A stretch of 64,000 bases of DNA, taken from contig CAKOMK010000002.1 in assembly GCA_934096645.1 (NCBI GenBank), positions 55,383 to 119,382 of the forward strand. The letters are read 5' to 3'. The notes beneath the pieces were generated by a model. It was given only the letters and a program-made list of their open reading frames with translations. It had not been told where the DNA came from and ran no database searches. A program made the position numbers and the translations under genes. The stretch is from an uncultured Bacilli bacterium. Its GTDB lineage: Bacteria; Bacillota_I; Bacilli_A; RF39; UBA660. Of the stretch, positions 17,932 to 28,293 are shown one piece after another. The first letter of the stretch is position 1; each line of letters starts with the position of its first letter.

Positions 17932-18849
17932 TTATTTTAAAAATCCATCTATAATAGCTTTTTCAGCTTCTCTAGCACTAAGCCCTAGAGACATAAGTTT
18001 AATAAATTGATCTCCTGCTATTTTACCAATTGTTGCTTCATGTACTAAAGTTGCATCTACACAAGCAGCATCTATTTCAGGAATAGATTTAACACGAGCA
18101 TTATCTTTAATAATCGCATCGCATTCAACATGACCATAACAATCAGCTTCACCAATCATATTAGATTCAAATGTTTGATTAGATTCATCTTCAGCAACAC
18201 TACGTGAAACAACATGAGCACTTGATTTATTTCCTTTAAGTAGTACTTCAAACATAGTCTTAGCATTTTGATTATTACTTGTATATATTTTTTCATTAAT
18301 AGTTAATTTAGAATTTTCATTAAGTACAGCTTTAGTAACTCTATTAGCATCATCTACTCCTTTAATTTGAGCAGTTTCCATAACCATAGTAGAATTATTC
18401 CCAAGTATAACCTCAGTAGTAGGATTAAGTATTCTCTTAGCTTCACCACTACCTTCTCCATAATGAACTTCATAGTATTTTACATTAGAATTTTCTTCAA
18501 TAAAGAATCTATGTATTCCATTATGAGCACTATCTTTATGACCGTGATTAGAAATTCCACATCCAGCAATAATAGATACATTAGAATTCTTTCCAATAAA
18601 GAAATCATTATAAACTATATCAGTCATACCACTTTTACTAACTAAAACAGGAATATCTACTACTCCATTAGAAGTATTATCTTTAACATATACATTAATA
18701 CCTTGTCCATCTTCTCTAGATTCAATATTAATATATTCATTAACTTTTCTTAAAACACCGTTACCATTTAATCTAATATTGTAAGCATCAGCACTTTCAT
18801 ATCTATTAGGTAATATTTTTTTAAGTAATTTTTCTTCTTCTTTATCCAT
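17932..18849 (-). CDS. short SufB/SufD-family Fe-S assembly protein (305 aa)
   Basis: Beta-helix SufBD fold signatures; partner of the adjacent sufC; shorter than canonical SufB. Confidence 0.6.
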   Translation of the reverse strand: MDKEEEKLLKKILPNRYESADAYNIRLNGNGVLRKVNEYINIESREDGQGINVYVKDNTSNGVVDIPVLVSKSGMTDIVYNDFFIGKNSNVSIIAGCGISNHGHKDSAHNGIHRFFIEENSNVKYYEVHYGEGSGEAKRILNPTTEVILGNNSTMVMETAQIKGVDDANRVTKAVLNENSKLTINEKIYTSNNQNAKTMFEVLLKGNKSSAHVVSRSVAEDESNQTFESNMIGEADCYGHVECDAIIKDNARVKSIPEIDAACVDATLVHEATIGKIAGDQFIKLMSLGLSAREAEKAIIDGFLK

Positions 18850-19570
18850 TATAAATCTCCTCCTTCTTACAACAAGGTTTACTTATAATAGAATTCATAA
18901 CATTCTCACAAGAATCAAAATTAACTATATTTCCATTTTCCATTAATATAACTTTATCTGCCATATTAAGAATCTTTTCTTGATGAGATATAACTAAAGT
19001 CATAGAATTATTATCATCACTAATTTGTTTAAAAATCTTGTTTAAATTTCTAAAACTCCATAAGTCAATTCCAGCTTCAGGTTCATCAAATATAGCAATT
19101 CTAGGTTTTCTAGCAAGAACAGTAGCAATTTCTATTCTCTTAAGTTCTCCTCCACTTAAAGACTTATTTACTTCTCTATCTATATATTCTAAAGCACATA
19201 ATCCTACTTTAGATAATATATCACATGCTTCTTTTTTATTAATTTGTTTATTAGAAGCAAAAGATAATAAATCATATACAGTAATTCCTTTAAATATTAC
19301 AGGTTGTTGAAAAGCAAAACCAATTCCTAAATTTGCTCTTTCATTTATAGATAAATTAGTAATATCTTCACCATCAAGTAAAATCTTACCACTGTCAGGT
19401 TTAATAATACCCATAATAATCTTAACTAATGTACTCTTACCACTACCATTTTGACCAGTAATAACATAGAATTTATTTTTATCTAATTTCAGATTTATAT
19501 TATTTAATATTTTTTTATTGTCTCTTTCAAAACAAATATCAATAAGTTCAATCATAATTACTCCTTTCAA
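18842..19570 (-). CDS. sufC: Fe-S cluster assembly ATPase SufC
   Basis: Walker A GQNGSGKST, ABC signature LSGGE, Walker B IAIFDEPE. Confidence 0.8.
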   Translation of the reverse strand: MKGVIMIELIDICFERDNKKILNNINLKLDKNKFYVITGQNGSGKSTLVKIIMGIIKPDSGKILLDGEDITNLSINERANLGIGFAFQQPVIFKGITVYDLLSFASNKQINKKEACDILSKVGLCALEYIDREVNKSLSGGELKRIEIATVLARKPRIAIFDEPEAGIDLWSFRNLNKIFKQISDDNNSMTLVISHQEKILNMADKVILMENGNIVNFDSCENVMNSIISKPCCKKEEIYNG

Positions 19571-19608
19571 ACAAAGAATATTATATCATTTGAAATATTC
19601 AAAATCAA

Positions 19609-20487
19609 TTAATCTAAGTCACTAAAATCAAGTTCTCCATAAGCATAAATATATGGACTTTTTAAAGGATATTTTTTATTTTGTACATTTAAATGATTTA
19701 CATTTCCTTCAATAGTATAAACATATTTTTTATCAGTTTTTTCGACTATACCAACATGATCAATAACGCCATTATTATTCCAATCAAAAAATATTAAATC
19801 ACCTTTTTTAGGACTATATTTATTAGAAAATTTTAATAAAGATTTTTCTTTATAATAATCTACACCTATCTTAACCCAAACAAACTTAGGAACTTTAGTA
19901 TTAAGTAAACCATTTTGATTAGCAACCCAGCTTACAAAAACAGCACACCATTCAACTCTATGATTAAATCCATACCAATTCCAATACTTTTCACCAGTAT
20001 TTCCAACTTCTTTAAGTGCAGTATTTACTATATTCTCACGAATAACTTTTTCTTTATTTAAATCATAATATAACTTATCTATATCAATAGAATCATAACT
20101 GTTTTTATCAAATAAAATTCTTAAAGTAATATAGTCATTCATCTTAAAATAATTAGTCAAATACTTTTGAGCAGTTTCTCTATCTAATTTAATTTCTAAA
20201 ACACTGCCAAGTTTATTCTTATACATTTTAACATCATAATCTTTAGTTAAATTATAAATATTATTAGTAAACCTAGAATAATCAAAATACTTATCAATCT
20301 TTTTAGCATTATTTTCTAAATAAGTATAATTTATATCAATAATATCATTATTAACAGAACTATTGCTTTCTTCATTATTATTTGGAAGACTAGCACTACT
20401 TTTAAAATCGCTGCAAGCATAAAAAACACTTATAATAACTAAAAGAAGAACAAATAAATAATAAAATACGTATTTTTTATAGTTCAT
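19609..20487 (-). CDS. secreted CHAP-domain peptidoglycan hydrolase
   Basis: Signal peptide; C-terminal CHAP domain with catalytic Cys in WCAVFVSW and His in HVGIVE. Confidence 0.65.
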   Translation of the reverse strand: MNYKKYVFYYLFVLLLVIISVFYACSDFKSSASLPNNNEESNSSVNNDIIDINYTYLENNAKKIDKYFDYSRFTNNIYNLTKDYDVKMYKNKLGSVLEIKLDRETAQKYLTNYFKMNDYITLRILFDKNSYDSIDIDKLYYDLNKEKVIRENIVNTALKEVGNTGEKYWNWYGFNHRVEWCAVFVSWVANQNGLLNTKVPKFVWVKIGVDYYKEKSLLKFSNKYSPKKGDLIFFDWNNNGVIDHVGIVEKTDKKYVYTIEGNVNHLNVQNKKYPLKSPYIYAYGELDFSDLD

Positions 20488-20582
20488 AAAACACCACAAC
20501 TTCCAATAAAAAATAATTAAGAATAATTTTAGCTACTATTCTTAATTATTATATCAAAATTAACTATTAATTGATAGTATTT

Positions 20583-21410
20583 TTAATCATTATAATCATC
20601 TAAAAAACTTTTATAGACTCCATCCTTTTTAGTACCAAGAACACAGTTCAAATTAACGTTATCTAGACTCTTAAATATATTATAATCAGCATTCTTATTT
20701 ACTTTTCTAAGATTTTTGATTAATTCTTTCATTTCTTTTCTCTTACTAGTTCCATCATTTATTAATGAACATCCTTCAGTAAATCTACATGCACAATTGA
20801 TAAATGTAAGTTCATTAAACTTTTTCCAAGCAATAATTGCTTCTTCTTTAACTAAATAAAGAGGTCTAATAAGCTCAATACCTTCATAATTATCAGAATG
20901 TAATTTTGGCATCATAGTTTTAATCTCAGAACCATATATCATAGATAATAATGTAGTTTCAATAACATCATCAAAATGATGTCCTAAAGCTATCTTATTG
21001 CATCCTAGTTCTTGAGCTTTATTATATAAATATCCTCTTCTCATCCTAGCGCACATATAACATGGACTCTTAGAATCAATATTAGCTACAACATCAAATA
21101 TATCACTTTCAAATATTTCAATTGGTACATTTAAAGTTTTAGCATTATCTATAATAAAATCTCTATTATATTGATTATAACCAGGATCCATAACAACATA
21201 TCTTGCTTTAAATTTTACTTTTCCATGTCTTTCTAATTCTTGAACACATTTAGCAAGTAAAAATGAATCTTTACCACCGCTTATACATACCATAATATTA
21301 TCATTTTCATTAATTAACTCATAATCTTGAACAGCTTTAATAAACTTACTCCATATTTCTTTTCTATATTTTTTAATTATAGTTCTCTCAATATCTTTAT
21401 ACTTTTCCAT
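20583..21410 (-). CDS. TtcA/TtuA-family PP-loop tRNA thiolation enzyme
   Basis: PP-loop SGGKDS; Fe-S ligand cysteines CYMC and CAC; adjacent to a cysteine desulfurase. Confidence 0.7.
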   Translation of the reverse strand: MEKYKDIERTIIKKYRKEIWSKFIKAVQDYELINENDNIMVCISGGKDSFLLAKCVQELERHGKVKFKARYVVMDPGYNQYNRDFIIDNAKTLNVPIEIFESDIFDVVANIDSKSPCYMCARMRRGYLYNKAQELGCNKIALGHHFDDVIETTLLSMIYGSEIKTMMPKLHSDNYEGIELIRPLYLVKEEAIIAWKKFNELTFINCACRFTEGCSLINDGTSKRKEMKELIKNLRKVNKNADYNIFKSLDNVNLNCVLGTKKDGVYKSFLDDYND

Positions 21411-21412
21411 TT

Positions 21413-22531
21413 TTACTCTTGCTCCTTATAAATATTATCAAACACCCTTAAAAATTCAAGAATTTCATCCATAGTAGTCAAATGAGATAAACTAACTCTA
21501 ATAGAAGACATAGATAAAGTTTTATCTTGAGTTAAAGCATATATCATTTTAGAAGGCGTTTCAGCTGGACAACATGATGTTTTAGTAGATACATATATAT
21601 TCTCATCATTAAATCTTTTTTGTAATTCAGTTGCTTTAATTCCTTTCACACTAAAATTAATAACATGAGGAATAGAATTATCACGATTATTAATAAACAC
21701 ATTCTTTTTAAGCTTTAAATCATCTTTAATAACTTTATTAAGTTTAGATATATATTCATATCTCTCATTCATTTTAGATAATGCGATTTCTAATGCTTTA
21801 TCACATGCAACAATACTAGCAGTCTCAGGCGTTCCACTTCTATATATAGTGGTAGATTTTCCTCCATTTATTTGAGGCTTTAAACTAACATGTTCTTTTT
21901 TTATAAGAATACTTATTCCTTGTAAACCATAAAACTTATGTGGTGTAATAGTAATTAAATCTACATTAGAAAAATCAATATCAACCTTCCCAACACTTTG
22001 ACTAGCATCACTATGAAAATAACAATTTGGATATTTTTTTAATAATTCACCAATTTCTAAAATAGGCTGTTTAAGCCCTATTTCACTATCAACAGCACAC
22101 ACACTAACTAAAATAGTATCATCTCTAATCATAGATTTTAAAGCTTCAATATCAATAAGACCATTAGAATTTATTGGTATTAACTCTACTTCAAATCCCA
22201 TTTCTTGCATAACCATCGCAGAACTAAGTATTGAATTATGTTCTAAACTACTTATAAGAACATGCTTTCCTTTATTTTTATATCTTTCACAAATACCCTT
22301 AATAACTAAATTATTACTTTCACTAGCTCCACTAGTAAATATAATCTCTTCCGGTTTTACTTCTAAATTTGAAGCTATATTAGAAACACTTTTAGAAATA
22401 AGTTCACGTGCTTTATTACCCATATCATGATTAACATTAGGATTACCATAATATTTCTTACTAACATCACAAAACACATCTAATACTTCACTTTCTACAG
22501 GAGTAGAAGCAGCATAATCTAAATAAATCAT
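21413..22531 (-). CDS. cysteine desulfurase (class V aminotransferase, NifS/IscS-like)
   Basis: PLP lysine in ITPHKFYG; motifs SGASESNN and SGTPE; the catalytic Cys is in the CCPAE region. Confidence 0.75.
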   Translation of the reverse strand: MIYLDYAASTPVESEVLDVFCDVSKKYYGNPNVNHDMGNKARELISKSVSNIASNLEVKPEEIIFTSGASESNNLVIKGICERYKNKGKHVLISSLEHNSILSSAMVMQEMGFEVELIPINSNGLIDIEALKSMIRDDTILVSVCAVDSEIGLKQPILEIGELLKKYPNCYFHSDASQSVGKVDIDFSNVDLITITPHKFYGLQGISILIKKEHVSLKPQINGGKSTTIYRSGTPETASIVACDKALEIALSKMNERYEYISKLNKVIKDDLKLKKNVFINNRDNSIPHVINFSVKGIKATELQKRFNDENIYVSTKTSCCPAETPSKMIYALTQDKTLSMSSIRVSLSHLTTMDEILEFLRVFDNIYKEQE

Positions 22532-22611
22532 ATTAATCCCTCTTTTTAACCAAACATATTATATCTTATTTTAAAGAATTAAAAAAGAACTTTTAACAGT
22601 TCTTATAAAAA

Positions 22612-23310
22612 TTAACACTTTCTTCTCAAATACTCACTATATATCATAGCAATTATAATAATTATTGCAGGAACTATATAAAAAGAAAAAGTATTATTAA
22701 TATTGAATATAGCAGTAGCATTAATAAAAGAATGAGCAATAATAGTTGGAATAATACTACCAGACTTAATAAATATCATAACAAATAAATATCCTAGTAT
22801 AAAAGCATAAAATATTTGAAATAAAGTAGATATCATAGGTGCACCATTTAATAGATTAACTATATGACCAGCACCAAAAGTAACAGATGTCACAATAATA
22901 GCTCTCTCAATATCAGTTTTCTCAATCATTTTAAATAAAAATCCCCTAAAAATAACTTCTTCAATAAAACCTACACATATCATACTAATAACATAAAATA
23001 ATATTTCACTTCCACTATTATTAATATTTATTCCATTATATAAATTAACACACGCAACAATTACTAATGGAATAAAATAAAGGCATTTACGAGTATTTTT
23101 AGGCTTAACCAATCCAAAATACTTAAGATAATTATTTTTACAAATAAATGCTGTCAAAATAGATACTAAAATCAAATTAACAATTGCTGTTTTATAACTA
23201 TAATTACCAAAATATTGAATACATAAAGAATTACTAATCACATAAATCAAAATTAATCCAATAACAAACCACAATTCATGTTTTTTATATAACTTATTCA
23301 TTTCCTTCAC
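22612..23310 (-). CDS. CPBP (CAAX protease/Abi) family intramembrane metalloprotease
   Basis: Motifs EEVIFRGFLF, FGAGHI and HSFIN across TM helices. Confidence 0.65.
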   Translation of the reverse strand: MKEMNKLYKKHELWFVIGLILIYVISNSLCIQYFGNYSYKTAIVNLILVSILTAFICKNNYLKYFGLVKPKNTRKCLYFIPLVIVACVNLYNGININNSGSEILFYVISMICVGFIEEVIFRGFLFKMIEKTDIERAIIVTSVTFGAGHIVNLLNGAPMISTLFQIFYAFILGYLFVMIFIKSGSIIPTIIAHSFINATAIFNINNTFSFYIVPAIIIIIAMIYSEYLRRKC

Positions 23311-23504
23311 CCAAAATCTACAAATCTATGTCTTTTATAAGTAAGATTTCCTTCCATTCCTTTTGAATACTTTTTATATATAGAATATTTAACAGAAAAT
23401 TCTTTAATACCTTCACTAGTTTCAAAATATAAATTATATTCTTTCTTTAATTATATCATCATTTTTTAATTTTCCCATCAATAATAACACTTCTGATATA
23501 AGTT

Positions 23505-24737
23505 TTACTTTCTTTCTAAAACACAAACTGTTTCTACATGTTTAGTTTTATTAAACATATTTATTCCTTCTATTTTAGTAAGATTATAATTAATTAATAA
23601 TTCTATATCTCTTTTTAATGTTTTAGGATTACATGATACATAAACTATTCTTTTAGCTTTAGAATTATTTAAATACTTAATTACATCTTTAGAAAGTCCA
23701 CATCTAGGAGGATCTACTACAATAACATCATAATTACTTTTAGAAACTATTTTAGCATCACCACATATAAAATTAATATTATTTAAATTATTTAGTTTTT
23801 TATTAATATTAGCATTCTTTATAGAACTAGAATTAATCTCTACACCAGTAACACTATTAAAATTCTTACTTAAATATATTCCAATAGTTCCGGTACCACA
23901 ATATAAATCTAATAAATTATTACCATTTAACGCATACTCTCTTACTTTATCATACATTATTTTCATAGTTTCAGTATTAACTTGAAAAAAAGCATCAGGA
24001 TATATACTATATTTAAAATCATTAACATCCATAATTATATAAGGATTGCCATAAATAAGCTTATTATTTAAATAAACAGAATTAACTTGATCAAATAATC
24101 CTTTGTCATTAAAAGTCTCTCTACTTCCTTTAAATACAACCATAATCTCATTATTAGAAACTCTAACTACAACAGATTCAATATTATATAAATCACATTC
24201 TTTTAAATAATTATATATTTTATTAATTCTTTCATCAACTAACAAACACTCATCAAAACAAATTAAATCATGACTATTCTCACTATAATAACCAATCTTA
24301 CCATTCATAACATGAAAAGTAGCTTTATTTCTATAATTAAATTCATTATTAGTTAATATATTAATATCATCAATATTAAATAACTCACACAACTCTTTTT
24401 TCTTATTTTCTAGTTCTATATCAAATGAAGTATGTAAAAAAGAACATCCACCACATTCAAAATATTTATCACAAACTTTATTATTTCTAAATTTACTTTT
24501 TTTAATAAATCTTATTATTCTTCCAACTGCATATCTCTTTTTAATATCTATAATTCTTATAGTAACTTCTTCATCTTTTAAAGCGCATGGAACAAATACA
24601 ACTAAATTATCTATTCTAGTTATTCCATTCATATTATTATCTATATCATTTATAATTACATCATATTCATCATTTAATTTCATACTTTTCTCCACTAATA
24701 AATCAATTATATCATACATCATAATAAAAAGTCTCAA
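23505..24737 (-). CDS. RlmD/RumA-family 23S rRNA (uracil-C5)-methyltransferase
   Basis: TRAM domain, Fe-S cysteine cluster FECGGCSFLH, SAM motif LDLYCGTGT, catalytic DPPRCG. Confidence 0.75.
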   Translation of the reverse strand: MRLFIMMYDIIDLLVEKSMKLNDEYDVIINDIDNNMNGITRIDNLVVFVPCALKDEEVTIRIIDIKKRYAVGRIIRFIKKSKFRNNKVCDKYFECGGCSFLHTSFDIELENKKKELCELFNIDDINILTNNEFNYRNKATFHVMNGKIGYYSENSHDLICFDECLLVDERINKIYNYLKECDLYNIESVVVRVSNNEIMVVFKGSRETFNDKGLFDQVNSVYLNNKLIYGNPYIIMDVNDFKYSIYPDAFFQVNTETMKIMYDKVREYALNGNNLLDLYCGTGTIGIYLSKNFNSVTGVEINSSSIKNANINKKLNNLNNINFICGDAKIVSKSNYDVIVVDPPRCGLSKDVIKYLNNSKAKRIVYVSCNPKTLKRDIELLINYNLTKIEGINMFNKTKHVETVCVLERK

Positions 24738-24751
24738 AAGAGACTTAATTA

Positions 24752-25756
24752 CTATTTTAATGCAAAACCTGATACTGTACCTCTAGGATTAATAATTCCT
24801 TTTTTATTATCTCTAGGTGTATTTATAAGTTTATTTTCAATTACTAATGTAGCACTTGATCCTCCATCTAAATTAGCTGCATTATAAGCACCATATTTTA
24901 ATAAAACTTCTATCATCTCAGTATAATTAGGTCCACTATATACAAATTTAGTATTAGTAACTAAAAATAAAACTATCCCGTCTTTTCTTTGTCCAATTGC
25001 TACTCTAGGAGCATTACCACTTCTTCCATTACCAACCGTTTTCATAGATTCTCCATTAATAATCAAAAATGGTCCAAATTCAACGGCATCTCTAATACCC
25101 ATTTCTAATGCTTCTACTCCTGTAGCTTTAGTTAAAACTAATTTATTATCTTTATTAAATCCAATTAATTCACCTTTTCTATTAGAATCAGTAGCCCATA
25201 TTATTTCACTATCTTTAATAATATATCCAACTGGATAATCAGAAGATAATCCATGAGAATCTTGCTTAAATCTACCAGCATTTATACATACTTTAGATTT
25301 AGTTCTCTTACACATAGAAACCATATTTTCACCATATGCCCCAGTCCCAAGTTTAGTTTTAGTAACAACATGTATTTTAGAAGGATCATATATAGCAACT
25401 AAAAATGCATCATAATTACCAACTTTAGTCTCTATAAGTTTATAATCATTATTTCCTTCTTCTCTTATTAATATCTCTTTGTCATATTCATTTTCATAAG
25501 TATATTTAGGTTCAGTATCAATAATAATACTATCTAAATCAACTTGATCAGTAAGAGGTACATAATAGTTTTCATTCATAGTTTTTTCTATCATTTTATC
25601 ATTATAAAATATATATGCAAAATATTTATGAGACATAGTATTCATAGAAGTATTAATCCACCAAGTTCTAATATCACTAACAGGCCCATAAAATAAGAAG
25701 AATCCAACTAAAGCAATAACATCTAATATAACTATTATTATAGTAAACTTTCTCAT
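24752..25756 (-). CDS. phosphodiester glycosidase (NAGPA/DUF2233) family protein, membrane-anchored
   Basis: N-terminal TM helix; C-terminal DUF2233-like motifs (NAANLDGGSS); 4-nt overlap with the upstream gene. Confidence 0.55.
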   Translation of the reverse strand: MRKFTIIIVILDVIALVGFFLFYGPVSDIRTWWINTSMNTMSHKYFAYIFYNDKMIEKTMNENYYVPLTDQVDLDSIIIDTEPKYTYENEYDKEILIREEGNNDYKLIETKVGNYDAFLVAIYDPSKIHVVTKTKLGTGAYGENMVSMCKRTKSKVCINAGRFKQDSHGLSSDYPVGYIIKDSEIIWATDSNRKGELIGFNKDNKLVLTKATGVEALEMGIRDAVEFGPFLIINGESMKTVGNGRSGNAPRVAIGQRKDGIVLFLVTNTKFVYSGPNYTEMIEVLLKYGAYNAANLDGGSSATLVIENKLINTPRDNKKGIINPRGTVSGFALK

Positions 25757-27045
25757 TTTGACACCTCACTATCTAAAACATATGGATTATTTAATGAACC
25801 ATCTCCATCACTAATTTTATTTTTATTTATACAAACATTAAAATTAATATTTCTTATTATATTAGGTTTAACATTATAAACACTATTATTATAAATATAT
25901 ATTTGATCTTTATCATAAGGAGTAGATAAATAATAATTATTCTTATTTTCTTTATTAAATATAGGCTCAATTATACTATTAACTCCAATTTTACTCTTAA
26001 CTGTTTCTTTAGTAACATTTGTATAATCAAAATTATATTCTCCAGTATAAGTATCACAATCAATTAATAAATCTTTATATTTTAATTCATTATAAATAGT
26101 ATTATTTAAATATTGTCCTAATCCTTCATTAATATTAAATATATTATTTTTATTAGAAAAACTACATTTAATATTTCCATTCTTATATATATCATTTAAT
26201 TGTAATTTTAATATTTCATTATTTGCTTCACTTACTCTATATAAATCATTATCTAATTTAACATAACTAGCAAAATATAAGTTATTATCTTCTATTTTAT
26301 ATGGATCATCTTTACTACCATTTCCACGTATATAACGAGTTAGATTATTTAAAGTAATAACAGGTTTAACTTGATACAATAATTCAGGTTTAACTAAAGA
26401 TAAATTCCCATTATTTAAAACCCAAACATTATTTTGATTAGTATTACTAAGCCATATAACATCTTCACTATCTAAATAACTTTCATTATTATTTTTACTA
26501 TTTAAGTAATCATTAAGTGATAATAGTTTTATATAATCAATTTCTATATCATTACAACTAATATTATTTATATCACTAATATCATCACTACAATAAGGAC
26601 TTTTAATTAATAAATTACTTTTAATATTATTATAAAAAACATCATTTAAATATTTATTTAAATTAGAAGATTTATAATTAGTATTTTCTTTATCATAAGA
26701 TAAATAATTCAAAGTATCATCCATTATCATTTCAATAGTATTATCTTTATTTATTTTAATAATTCTAAATAACATATTAGAATATTCTATATAATTATTT
26801 AAATCTTTCCCTTTAAAAATAAATATATTTTCTATATTATATAGTCCATCTCCGTCATTAACAGTATTTTTTTTAATTTCATTTGTAAGTAAAGTTACTT
26901 CTTTATTATTACTATCTTTAGGAGCTAATTTATTTTTATAATAAAACATTCTATATCCAAAAAAACTTAAGCAACTTACTAAAAATATAATACTTACCAT
27001 ATCAAAACAAAGTTCTATTTTATTTATTTTTTTACGTTCATTCAT
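25753..27045 (-). CDS. membrane-anchored hypothetical protein with repeated GNGS/GDGS-x2-[DN]PY motif
   Basis: ATG at 27045 with AGGTG RBS; signal-anchor; C-terminal ...SDGDGSLNNPYVL and internal ...RGNGSKDDPYKIE; paralogous to 46291..47748. Confidence 0.5.
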   Translation of the reverse strand: MNERKKINKIELCFDMVSIIFLVSCLSFFGYRMFYYKNKLAPKDSNNKEVTLLTNEIKKNTVNDGDGLYNIENIFIFKGKDLNNYIEYSNMLFRIIKINKDNTIEMIMDDTLNYLSYDKENTNYKSSNLNKYLNDVFYNNIKSNLLIKSPYCSDDISDINNISCNDIEIDYIKLLSLNDYLNSKNNNESYLDSEDVIWLSNTNQNNVWVLNNGNLSLVKPELLYQVKPVITLNNLTRYIRGNGSKDDPYKIEDNNLYFASYVKLDNDLYRVSEANNEILKLQLNDIYKNGNIKCSFSNKNNIFNINEGLGQYLNNTIYNELKYKDLLIDCDTYTGEYNFDYTNVTKETVKSKIGVNSIIEPIFNKENKNNYYLSTPYDKDQIYIYNNSVYNVKPNIIRNINFNVCINKNKISDGDGSLNNPYVLDSEVSK

Positions 27046-27126
27046 TTTTACTACACCTGCTATTATAAAGTATAACAAATAAATAAGTATTATTCAACAA
27101 ACAAAAAAGTATGTATAAAACACACT

Positions 27127-28293
27127 TTATTCATTATTCTTTTCTAAATCTTTAAATATTGATTTTCCAATACCGAGTTCATTTTTAATATTCCAGTTAT
27201 CAAGTATTGTAGCTCCAATATCAGCAAATGTATCTCTATCAGGTAATCTAACACCTTTCTTAAATAAATGAGAATACATAAGTACTGGAACATTTTCACG
27301 AGTATGATCAGTTCCCTTAAATGTAGGATCATTACCATGATCAGCTGTAATAATTAACAAATCACTTTTCTTAAGATTTTTAAGTAATATAGGTAAATAA
27401 TAATTAAACTCTTCTAAAGCTTTTTTATATCCTTCTCTATCTCTTCTATGACCATATAACATATCAAAATCATTTAAGTTTCCAAATACAAATCCTTCAA
27501 AATCAGCTTTAGCAAAATCAATAAGTTTCATCATACCATCAATATTATCTTTTGTTTTAATAGCAGTAGTAATATCTTTACCATTAAATATATCAGAAAT
27601 CTTTCCAATAGCAGTAGTATGAACACCATTCTTTTCAAGTAAATCTATAACATTTAGTGGTGGATCTAAAGCATAATCATGTCTTTTTGGAGTTCTTGTA
27701 AAGTTACCAGGTTTTCCAATATAAGGTCTAGCTATAATTCTAGCAATTTTATATTCGTCCCCTTTAGTTAATTCTCTAACCTTTTTACAAATATCATATA
27801 ATTCTTCTACAGGAATAATATCTTCATGAGCAGCTATTTGTAATACAGAATCTGCTGAAGTATACACAATAAGTGCTCCAGTCTTCATTTGCATTTCACC
27901 TAAATCTTTAATAATTTCAGTGCCACTCGCAACACAATTACCAATAACATCTCTACCAGTAACTTTTTGAATTTTAGAAATTAATTCAAGAGGAAATCCA
28001 TCAGGATAAGTCTTATAAGGAGTCTTGCTAACTGTACCCATCATTTCATAATGTCCATTTAAAGTATCTTTAGCTAAATTAATAGGTTTAGCTTTCATAT
28101 AAATACCCCTAGTGCCTTCTACATGTTTACCAATTAATTCAGTAAGACCCATTTTCTCTAAAACATCTAAATTATATGAGTCACCAATAGTATGAAGTAA
28201 AGTATTAGCTCCAGTGTCACCATACTTACTAGCATCATCTGCTTCACCAATACCAACACTATCCATAACAACTAAAAATATTCTTTTAAACAT
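27127..28293 (-). CDS. deoB: phosphopentomutase
   Basis: MFKRIFLVVMDSVGIG N-terminus and metal-binding motifs typical of DeoB. Start placed at the MFKR ATG to avoid overlap with the xer gene. Confidence 0.8.
   Translation of the reverse strand: MFKRIFLVVMDSVGIGEADDASKYGDTGANTLLHTIGDSYNLDVLEKMGLTELIGKHVEGTRGIYMKAKPINLAKDTLNGHYEMMGTVSKTPYKTYPDGFPLELISKIQKVTGRDVIGNCVASGTEIIKDLGEMQMKTGALIVYTSADSVLQIAAHEDIIPVEELYDICKKVRELTKGDEYKIARIIARPYIGKPGNFTRTPKRHDYALDPPLNVIDLLEKNGVHTTAIGKISDIFNGKDITTAIKTKDNIDGMMKLIDFAKADFEGFVFGNLNDFDMLYGHRRDREGYKKALEEFNYYLPILLKNLKKSDLLIITADHGNDPTFKGTDHTRENVPVLMYSHLFKKGVRLPDRDTFADIGATILDNWNIKNELGIGKSIFKDLEKNNE

Noticed and set aside
23311-23504. 194-bp spacer between the CPBP protease and rlmD-like genes containing a ~46-codon stop-to-stop frame (…KKEYNLYFETSEGIKEFSVKYSIYKKYSKGMEGNLTYKRHRFVDFG)
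   Set aside because: No start codon or RBS, and no similarity I can recognise. It could be a gene remnant, but there is nothing to support calling a pseudogene.
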